In this document: in pieces, positions 8,250-15,451 of the stretch
How positions within the stretch are numbered: the first letter of the stretch is position 1
How the letters are laid out: each line of letters starts with the position of its first letter
DNA from: a virus
Taxonomy: Duplodnaviria; Caudoviricetes
Virus record (IMG/VR): IMGVR_UViG_3300032283_000164
Coordinates: 1 to 32,580 of that record
Strand: one strand, 5' to 3'
DNA: 32,580 bases
Translations under genes and position numbers: made by a program
The notes under the pieces: model-generated
Databases searched by the model: none
Seen by the model: only the letters and a program-made list of their open reading frames with translations
Told to the model about the DNA's origin: nothing

Positions 8250-9440
8250 ATGTCTGACTACATTCGTCAGCAAGCAGAAGCTCGTGCAAAGGCTTGGGAA
8301 GAAGCAAAGGCTCTTCTTGACTCAGCAGCAGCTGAAAAGCGCGATCTATCCGCAGAAGAAAACCAAACCTATGACCGCATCATGGCAGACCTTGATTCGC
8401 GTTCACAGGTAATCGAAACCATGAACGCTCAGGCAGACCGCGAAAACCGCGCTGCTGAAGCCATGAAGGGTTTTGAAACACAAGTTAAGCCAGCCGTTGC
8501 TGTTCCAGCAATTGACGAAAATGAACTTATCCGTTCCCTAGCTCGTGGTGAGATTCGTTCACACTCGTTCGAGAAGCGCGATGTAACTAAGGGTTCAACA
8601 GGCGCACCAGTACCAACCTCTTTCTATGATCAGGTTGTAATGCTTGCGAAAACCGTAGGCCCGATGCTTGAAACATCAACCATCATCAATACCGCAGGTG
8701 GCGAGAACCTTCAAATTCCTAGCTTGAGCGCATACTCAACTGGAACTGTTACTTCTGAAGCCGGCACAATCGGTGAGAGTGACCCAACTTTCAACGCATT
8801 CAAGACACTTGGTGCATACAAGTACTCATTCCTAACCCAGATCAGCCGTGAAATGGTTGAAGATAGCGGTGTGGATATTTTGTCATTTTTGGCAAGCCAA
8901 ACCGGTATTTCTTTAGGCCTTGCAGTCAATGGCGGTCTAACAACTGGAACAGGAACAGTACAGCCAACAGGTATCGTAACTGCTGCTGGTTCAGGTATTA
9001 CTGGTGGAACTGGCGTATCTGGCGCATTCACAGCTGACAACCTAATTGATTTGGTTTACAGCGTTGAAACCGCAGGTCGCACTCTTCCGGGAACTGGTTT
9101 CCAGATGAACTCAAAGGCAATCGCAGCCGTTCGCAAGCTAAAGGATTCAGCAGGACAGTACTTGTTCAGCCCATCCCTATCTGCTGATGCACGCGATCTA
9201 TTGCTTGGTTACCCTCTATACGAGAACCCAGCAATGGCAGACCCAGCAACAACAGCGAAGTCAGTAATCTTTGGACACCTTCCAAGTCACTTCGTTCGTA
9301 CTGTTGGTGGACTACGCCTTGATCGAAGCGATGACTACGCGTTCCAGAACGATTTAATTTCGTTCCGCGCAACTTACCGAGTGGATTCCAACCTAATCCA
9401 GACTTCACACGTTAAGTACTTCATTGGTGGAGCCAGCTAG
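8250..9440 (+). CDS. Major capsid protein, HK97 fold, with N-terminal coiled-coil scaffold (delta) domain
   Basis: AGGAG RBS at 8240-8244; ~105-aa helical leader; GAPVPTSFYDQV, ISREMVEDS, KLKDSAGQYLF, LLGYP motifs. Confidence 0.95.
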   Translation: MSDYIRQQAEARAKAWEEAKALLDSAAAEKRDLSAEENQTYDRIMADLDSRSQVIETMNAQADRENRAAEAMKGFETQVKPAVAVPAIDENELIRSLARGEIRSHSFEKRDVTKGSTGAPVPTSFYDQVVMLAKTVGPMLETSTIINTAGGENLQIPSLSAYSTGTVTSEAGTIGESDPTFNAFKTLGAYKYSFLTQISREMVEDSGVDILSFLASQTGISLGLAVNGGLTTGTGTVQPTGIVTAAGSGITGGTGVSGAFTADNLIDLVYSVETAGRTLPGTGFQMNSKAIAAVRKLKDSAGQYLFSPSLSADARDLLLGYPLYENPAMADPATTAKSVIFGHLPSHFVRTVGGLRLDRSDDYAFQNDLISFRATYRVDSNLIQTSHVKYFIGGAS

Positions 9441-9457
9441 TAATAGCACCCAAAAAC

Positions 9458-9504
9458 GTAGAACCCCACCGGGAGCGCAGGCTTGGTGGGGTTCTGCTTT
9501 TGTT
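9458..9504 (+). terminator. Rho-independent terminator after the capsid gene
   Basis: GTAGAACCCCACC ... GGTGGGGTTCTGC stem followed by TTTTGTT. Confidence 0.85.
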
Positions 9505-9554
9505 ATAGAAGGTTTTAGGGTAAGTTTCTTTTATCTGCGAACAAAGGATTATCT

Positions 9555-10736
9555 GTGCAGGATTCTTTATGTATTGGTTGGGTATCTAACGCGCCTTGGG
9601 CGAATACAGGCTACGGAGTTGCGACAGCTCAAGTAACTAGCCGCATGAAAGCAATGAACCACAACGTAGCGATCTTTAACAACTACGGGCTTGAAGGTAG
9701 CAATAGCGACTGGAACGGCATCCCGATTTATCAGCGCGGTGCAGATATGTATTCCAACGACATTATCCCAGCGCATATGTTTGATTGGGCGCAACGTAAC
9801 CCAAAGCAAAACCACATTCTGTTTACGCTCTACGATGCTTGGGTTCTAAAGGGCAAGCGTTGGTCTGACTGGAATGTTGCAAGTTGGATTCCAGTAGATC
9901 ACTTACCAGCACCGCCACAAGTTGCTGCATGGTGCAGACAAGATTTTGTTACCCCTATTGCGATGAGCCAATACGGGCAGTCCATGTTGGAGAACGTAGG
10001 CATTGAAACGCTATACATTCCACACGCTGTTGATTCTGCCTTTAAGCCAATGAAGCGACACAAGGGAACTACTGGCAGAGATTTTATTGGTGCTAGTGAA
10101 GATGTGTTTATTGTCGGAATGAACGCGGCTAACAAAGGCGTAAGTCCTAACCGCAAAGCATTCGGTGAGAACATTCTGGCGTTCTCTATGTTTGCCCAGA
10201 TGCACGATGACGTGGTTCTTTATCTCCACACAGATTCCAACGGCTCTCTTGGTGGCATCAAGTTGCAAGAACTAATAACGTCATGCGGTATCAAAGAACA
10301 CCAGTACGCATTCGTAGACCCTTATGTACTTAGAACTGGAATAGATCAGCCGACACTTGCAACGCTTTATACGGCGATGGATGTTCTACTTGCAACGAGC
10401 TACGGCGAAGGCTTTGGAGTTCCAACCGTAGAAGCGCAAGCCTGCGGTACGCCTGTAATCGTTTCTGAGTTTGCAGCTTCAACTGAACTTGTTGGTGATG
10501 GTTGGCTTGTAGAAGGTCAGCCACTATGGGATGCACCGCAGTCCAGTTGGTTTCATATGCCAAGCGTTCCCGGCATTGTGGATGCGCTGGAGCAGGCATA
10601 TCAGCGTGGGCGTGGTCGCTCCCAAAAGGCTCAAGACTTTGCAAAGGCGTATAACGCAGATACCGTGTTTGACGAATACTGGAAACCTGCTCTTAAGGTG
10701 TTAGGCGCAAAAGGCACAGAAAGACCCACAGCATGA
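9555..10736 (+). CDS. Glycosyltransferase, GT-B fold (GT4-like)
   Basis: SNAPWANTGYG N-terminal loop, IPHAVD, DVLLATSYGEGFGVPTVEAQACGTPVI (EX7E motif); GTG start with AAAGGA RBS. Confidence 0.9.
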   Translation: MQDSLCIGWVSNAPWANTGYGVATAQVTSRMKAMNHNVAIFNNYGLEGSNSDWNGIPIYQRGADMYSNDIIPAHMFDWAQRNPKQNHILFTLYDAWVLKGKRWSDWNVASWIPVDHLPAPPQVAAWCRQDFVTPIAMSQYGQSMLENVGIETLYIPHAVDSAFKPMKRHKGTTGRDFIGASEDVFIVGMNAANKGVSPNRKAFGENILAFSMFAQMHDDVVLYLHTDSNGSLGGIKLQELITSCGIKEHQYAFVDPYVLRTGIDQPTLATLYTAMDVLLATSYGEGFGVPTVEAQACGTPVIVSEFAASTELVGDGWLVEGQPLWDAPQSSWFHMPSVPGIVDALEQAYQRGRGRSQKAQDFAKAYNADTVFDEYWKPALKVLGAKGTERPTA

Positions 10737-11536
10737 AAATAGGCTGGTACACCCACCACATAGAGAATAACCCCAACGTGGCTGAGGATGGCTCTCTGAG
10801 CCAGCAAGGACTATTCACGGGGCAGTTCGCAGGTGGCGCAGAAATGTCAGACTACGAATACCGCTTGCAAGCACCTTTGGACTTTGACATTCAGATTGTC
10901 ACCCCATACACATTCGATACACATGACATACACCAATTCGATTCGATAGTTGTAACAGGCACAGACTTGTTCACAGAACAGCAGTTGAACCGCCTGAGTG
11001 AGTATGACCCATTCGTATTCGTGCATCACCTACAAACCCCACGCGCAGGACTCTTGGCCTTGATTGCAGGCAGTCGCTTATTCGTAACCCATACCCCGGC
11101 ACATATGCGCAGAGAATTATCTTGGGCAAAGCCACGCAAGACGGCGCAGGTTCTAAGCTACTTCGACACCAGTAAGTGCTACGACCACATGGAAAAGAAA
11201 CCTTACGCATTGTGGGCAGCTCGTGAACATCCACTTAAAGGAAAACTAAAAGCAGAGATTTGGGCAGCGCAAGCAGGTTATGACTTCAAGGCTTTAACGA
11301 ACGTACCGCGTGAACAAGTTCTAGATGCAATGGCACGATGCGAATGGTTTGTTCATTTGCCGTTAGCGTTTGAATCAGAGTGTCGCGCAGTTATGGAAGC
11401 TGTGCTTTCAGGTTGCATGATTCACACCAACGAACTGGTTGGAATTACTAGTGTTGAAGATTGGCAAGACAAAGATCATCTAAGACACATGATAGATAAC
11501 GCAGGGGATACCTTCTGGAGATTGGTTCAACAATGA
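10733..11536 (+). CDS. Divergent GT-B glycosyltransferase-like protein
   Basis: MKIGW...GGAE N-terminus, HPLKG, FVHLPLAFESECRAVMEAVLSGC (EX7E-like); ATGA-coupled. Confidence 0.7.
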   Translation: MKIGWYTHHIENNPNVAEDGSLSQQGLFTGQFAGGAEMSDYEYRLQAPLDFDIQIVTPYTFDTHDIHQFDSIVVTGTDLFTEQQLNRLSEYDPFVFVHHLQTPRAGLLALIAGSRLFVTHTPAHMRRELSWAKPRKTAQVLSYFDTSKCYDHMEKKPYALWAAREHPLKGKLKAEIWAAQAGYDFKALTNVPREQVLDAMARCEWFVHLPLAFESECRAVMEAVLSGCMIHTNELVGITSVEDWQDKDHLRHMIDNAGDTFWRLVQQ

Positions 11537-12207
11537 GAATGCTAACTATTATTCCTACTCGTGGTCGCAACGATAATGCGATTCGTTTGTTTGAAGCTAT
11601 CAACGCAACGGCAGACTTTACAGAAGTTGTCTTTGCCATAGATGCAGATGACGTTAAAACTTACCAAGGCTTGATGAATGAAACCGCAGGCTTGAACAAC
11701 GTGAAGGTTTGCATCGCAGACCGTATGGGAATGAATGGCACTCTTAATCATTGGGCTTTATGGTTTGCGCCTGACTATGACTACATCTGTTTTATGGGCG
11801 ATGACCACTTACCGCGTACTGGTGGTTGGGATACCAAACTTGCAGAAGCCATTGGGACAGAGCCGGGCATTGCTTATGGCAATGATCTGCTACAAGGCGA
11901 GAACCTTCCAACAGCGGTAGTTATGTCTAGCAAGATCATCAGAGCTACGGGCTTTATGTCACCGCCAGCACTCAAGCATTTGTTCTTGGATAACTATTGG
12001 CTTGCAATGGGTAACGCTTTAGAGAATGTGAACTACCTGCCAGATGTAATCCTTGAACATTTGCACTACACAAACGGCAAGGCTGAACACGATGAAAGAT
12101 ACGCAGCTGTGAATACAGTCGAAATGCACAACGGCGATCAAGCTATCTTTGCTGAGTATCTAGCAACAGAATTTGCTAACGATGTTGAGAACGTCAAGGC
12201 TTGGTAA
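11533..12207 (+). CDS. Glycosyltransferase, GT-A fold (GT2-like)
   Basis: LTIIPTRGR, FAIDADD, YICFMGDDH (DxD-like), HLFLDN and LEHLH motifs. Confidence 0.82.
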   Translation: MRMLTIIPTRGRNDNAIRLFEAINATADFTEVVFAIDADDVKTYQGLMNETAGLNNVKVCIADRMGMNGTLNHWALWFAPDYDYICFMGDDHLPRTGGWDTKLAEAIGTEPGIAYGNDLLQGENLPTAVVMSSKIIRATGFMSPPALKHLFLDNYWLAMGNALENVNYLPDVILEHLHYTNGKAEHDERYAAVNTVEMHNGDQAIFAEYLATEFANDVENVKAW

Positions 12208-13067
12208 TGAAAATACTTATCACAGGTCACAAGGGTTTTGTTGGTCGCAACTTTGTTAAGGCTTTGCCAGATAGCGAGATCACAGGCATTGACTTAAAAG
12301 ACGGCAACGACTGCCGAGATTTCTTTAAGACAAACACAGACCAGTTCGATCTGGTGATTCACTTAGCAGCAATTGTTGGTGGTCGCGCCACTATCGAAGG
12401 TGAGCCATTATCGGTGGCAACAGACCTATCAATAGATGCTGAGTTCTTTAACTGGGTGCAAAGAACAAAACCCATAAATACGGTTTACTTCTCTAGCTCT
12501 GCTGCTTACCCAATTGACTTGCAAAACTCACATCGCAGAAACCGCTTGGCTGAACATGATCTGAATCTAGATGCAGTTAGGAATCCTGACTTAACTTACG
12601 GATGGGCAAAACTTACAGGGGAATACTTAGCGCAATTCCTAGAAGGCACGAACCTATTTGTGTTCAGGCCCTTTAGTGGTTACGGCTCAGATCAAGATGC
12701 CGACTACCCGTTCCCTAGTTTTATAGATCGCGCTCTAGCAGGTGTTGAAGTCTTTGACATTTGGGGCAACGGTGAACAGGTGCGCGACTTTATCCACATT
12801 GAGGACATTGTTCAGGCTGTGCTTTGGCACGTTCAGACTGGTTACACCGGCACGTTCAATCTATGTTCTGGCAACGCCACGAGCTTTAATGACTTGGCTC
12901 AGATGGTCTGCGAAGAAGCAGGTATCAAGCCAATGTTTAACCACATAGTTACTGCGCCTGTTGGCGTTGAGTATCGCGTTGGTGACCCACATTTATCGCA
13001 TCAGTATTTCATTCCTCAGATTAGTTTGCGTGAAGGTATCCGTAGGGCATTAGCAGAACGCAAGTAG
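12207..13067 (+). CDS. NAD-dependent nucleotide-sugar epimerase/dehydratase (extended SDR)
   Basis: KILITGHKGFVG, HLAAIVGG, FSSSAAYP, YGWAK (YxxxK), WGNGEQVRDFIHIEDIV. Confidence 0.92.
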   Translation: MKILITGHKGFVGRNFVKALPDSEITGIDLKDGNDCRDFFKTNTDQFDLVIHLAAIVGGRATIEGEPLSVATDLSIDAEFFNWVQRTKPINTVYFSSSAAYPIDLQNSHRRNRLAEHDLNLDAVRNPDLTYGWAKLTGEYLAQFLEGTNLFVFRPFSGYGSDQDADYPFPSFIDRALAGVEVFDIWGNGEQVRDFIHIEDIVQAVLWHVQTGYTGTFNLCSGNATSFNDLAQMVCEEAGIKPMFNHIVTAPVGVEYRVGDPHLSHQYFIPQISLREGIRRALAERK

Positions 13068-13091
13068 AATAGACCTAGACTTAGGAGTTTC

Positions 13092-13697
13092 ATGGCAATC
13101 ACAAACGGCTACGCCACACTTGTACAGGTTAAATCTGCTTTACGCATTTCTGACAACGTAGATGATTCATTGTTAGAGATGGCTGTTGAGTCTGCATCAC
13201 GAGCTATTGACGGTCACGCTGGGCGATACTTCTATTCATCAGGAACTGCTACCCGTTACTACGCAGCTGAAGATTCTTTCATTACCCAAATAGATGACGT
13301 GTCTAGTACCGCGATTACCTTGCAAACTTCATCGGGTGGCGATGGTGTATTTGATACGACTTGGGCAGTTGGAGATTACCAACTAGAACCACTTAACGGA
13401 AACGTAGACGGGCTTGCTGTTCCCTACACACGCATTCGTGCTGTTGAAAATTACTTGTTCCCGGTAGAAGCAGATCAAGCATTGGTTAAACTAACCGCAG
13501 TCTTTGGTTGGGCATCTGTGCCAATTGGTATTACACAGGCTTGCATCATTCAGTCGAGCAGAATTTTTAAGCGGCTTGACAGTCCCTTGGGCATTGCGTC
13601 TTTTGGAGATATGGGAAGTATCCGGGTAAGCCGTTACCTAGACCCTGACGTAGAGCAACTGGTTGCGCCGTATCGCCGTATTAGGAACTTTGTCTAA
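13092..13697 (+). CDS. Head-tail connector/adaptor protein
   Basis: NGYATLVQVKSAL...DDSLLEMAVESASRAID, FGWASVP, DVEQLVAPYRR; AGGAG RBS; position before tail genes. Confidence 0.78.
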   Translation: MAITNGYATLVQVKSALRISDNVDDSLLEMAVESASRAIDGHAGRYFYSSGTATRYYAAEDSFITQIDDVSSTAITLQTSSGGDGVFDTTWAVGDYQLEPLNGNVDGLAVPYTRIRAVENYLFPVEADQALVKLTAVFGWASVPIGITQACIIQSSRIFKRLDSPLGIASFGDMGSIRVSRYLDPDVEQLVAPYRRIRNFV

Positions 13698-14104
13698 TGG
13701 CTTCTATTTCAGAGCTACGCGCTGGAATCAAAACCAACCTAGCAACTATCTCAGGCCTTAGAGTTTCAGATTTTCAGCCTGACAACATAAACCCACCAGT
13801 TGCAATAGTGTTTCCAGTTTCACTCAACTATGACGAAACCTTTCACAGAGGAATGCAGACCTACACGTTTGCAGTTCAAGTCATTGTTGGGCGTGTATCT
13901 GAGCGAACAGGTCAGAACTCAATAGATGCTTACTGCTCAAGCACCGGAAGTAACAGTATTAAACTAGCGATAGAATCAGACAAGACACTTGCAGGCAAGG
14001 CGTTCGATCTACGAGTTACGGATATGCGTAACTATGGGGAACTACTTGTAGGTGAGGTAAACTATTTATCGGCAGAGTTCGTAGTTCTCTGCTACGCAGA
14101 CTAG
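13697..14104 (+). CDS. Putative tail terminator/completion protein
   Basis: 135 aa, directly upstream of the tail tube gene; SIKLAIESDKTLAG pattern. Confidence 0.6.
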   Translation: MASISELRAGIKTNLATISGLRVSDFQPDNINPPVAIVFPVSLNYDETFHRGMQTYTFAVQVIVGRVSERTGQNSIDAYCSSTGSNSIKLAIESDKTLAGKAFDLRVTDMRNYGELLVGEVNYLSAEFVVLCYAD

Positions 14105-14116
14105 GAGCAAAACAGC

Positions 14117-14524
14117 ATGGCGAAATTCGCAGCTACTGATTACAAAATTGTCGTGGGCGGCACAAACCTTTCGACTTCACTAAACAGCGTTGAACTCGCT
14201 TTAGAATCCGATGACTTAGAAACAACCGCATTCGGTGGAACTTTCCGCGAACGCATTGGTGGTCTAAAGTCTGGTTCTATCACGCTTCAGTTCATGCAGG
14301 ACTTTGCAGCTTCAGCCGTAGATGCCACAATCTTTCCATTATTCAACACACTTGCAACCGTTGTTATTACGCCTACATCCGGCACAGTAACAGCAACCAA
14401 CCCAAGTTACACAGCAGTTTGCCTAGTAAACTCTTATAGCCCGTTTGCTTCGTCTGTTGGTGACATTGCCACCTTCAGCGTTACATGGCCAACTTCTGGA
14501 ACAGTTACACGCGGAACTGTCTAA
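14117..14524 (+). CDS. Major tail (tube) protein
   Basis: Strong AGGAG RBS; ETTAFGG...IGGLKSGSITL and GDIATFSVTWP beta pattern; followed by a frameshifting chaperone. Confidence 0.78.
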   Translation: MAKFAATDYKIVVGGTNLSTSLNSVELALESDDLETTAFGGTFRERIGGLKSGSITLQFMQDFAASAVDATIFPLFNTLATVVITPTSGTVTATNPSYTAVCLVNSYSPFASSVGDIATFSVTWPTSGTVTRGTV

Positions 14525-14526
14525 CT

Positions 14527-14778
14527 ATGAAGATCAACCTGCGCGTTACTTTTAATGATGAAACAGTAGAAGAAGTATCTGCTACTGCGCGTGACCTTGT
14601 TGCATTCGAGGACAAGTTCACTAAGTCTGTTGCTTCGCTAGAGTCAGACTTTCGCATTACTGATCTGTTATGGCTTGCATGGCACTGGCTAGAACGCAAG
14701 GGTAAAACAAAACTTACCTTTGAGGACTGGTGCGATGAAGTCGAAACTATTGAAGCGAGTGAACAAAACCCAAAATAA
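14527..14778 (+). CDS. Tail assembly chaperone (gpG-like)
   Basis: Follows the tail tube gene and ends AAC CCA AAA TAA, containing slippery heptamer CCCAAAA (14769-14775). Confidence 0.8.
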   Translation: MKINLRVTFNDETVEEVSATARDLVAFEDKFTKSVASLESDFRITDLLWLAWHWLERKGKTKLTFEDWCDEVETIEASEQNPK

Positions 14779-14927
14779 CCGGGTTGGGTGACTCATCCCA
14801 ACATTGGTATTTGGCTTATCTTGCGTGTGAAACTGGCATTGCTCCGTCAGTTTTAATGGAAGAATCTGAGCGTATGCTTTTCACTATGAGTATGTACCTG
14901 CGATGGCGAAATAGTCAGGGGTCATAA
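14775..14927 (+). CDS. -1 frameshift extension of the tail assembly chaperone (gpGT-like)
   Basis: The -1 frame reads ITGLGDSSQHWYLAYLACETGIAPSVLMEESERMLFTMSMYLRWRNSQGS and ends in TAATG coupled to the next gene. Confidence 0.75.
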   Translation: MTGLGDSSQHWYLAYLACETGIAPSVLMEESERMLFTMSMYLRWRNSQGS

Positions 14928-15448
14928 TGGCATTACCTTTTAAGATTGTTGGTCTAGCTGAAACGGTTAAGATACTTAACAGCATTGACAAAGACATTGT
15001 TAAAGAAGCTCGTAAAGATTTAAGAACAGGCGCACAACCTGTTGCTAGTGCTATCTTGTCTAACATTCCTACTGAAGCACCGTTGCGTGGCATGATTCAC
15101 AATGGTCGCACAAGATGGCAACCAGCAGGGATTTCAGCAAAAGTTAAAACAAACTTTTCTAAGAAAGCAGAACGCAGAGGAACTTCATTAGTTTCTATTG
15201 TTGTTGGTGGTAAAGGTAAAACTTCAACCGGTGCTGCTGCTTTTCAAATTGCAGACATGGCAGGTCGCAAACGCAAAGGTCGTACTGCATCAGGCAAAGC
15301 AATGATTAACAAACTCAACTCACAAGCTAAAGCATCACGCTATGTGTATCCTGCTGCTGAAAGAGAATTGCCTTACGTTAAACAATCGGTAGACGGTACA
15401 ATTAAAAAGTTAAGTGGTGCGTACAACGCTAGGTTAAAGGGTAAATAG
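14927..15448 (+). CDS. Putative HK97 gp10-like neck/tail component
   Basis: KIVGLAETVKILNSID N-terminus, basic composition, RYVYPAAE C-terminus. Confidence 0.5.
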   Translation: MALPFKIVGLAETVKILNSIDKDIVKEARKDLRTGAQPVASAILSNIPTEAPLRGMIHNGRTRWQPAGISAKVKTNFSKKAERRGTSLVSIVVGGKGKTSTGAAAFQIADMAGRKRKGRTASGKAMINKLNSQAKASRYVYPAAERELPYVKQSVDGTIKKLSGAYNARLKGK

Positions 15449-15451
15449 ATC

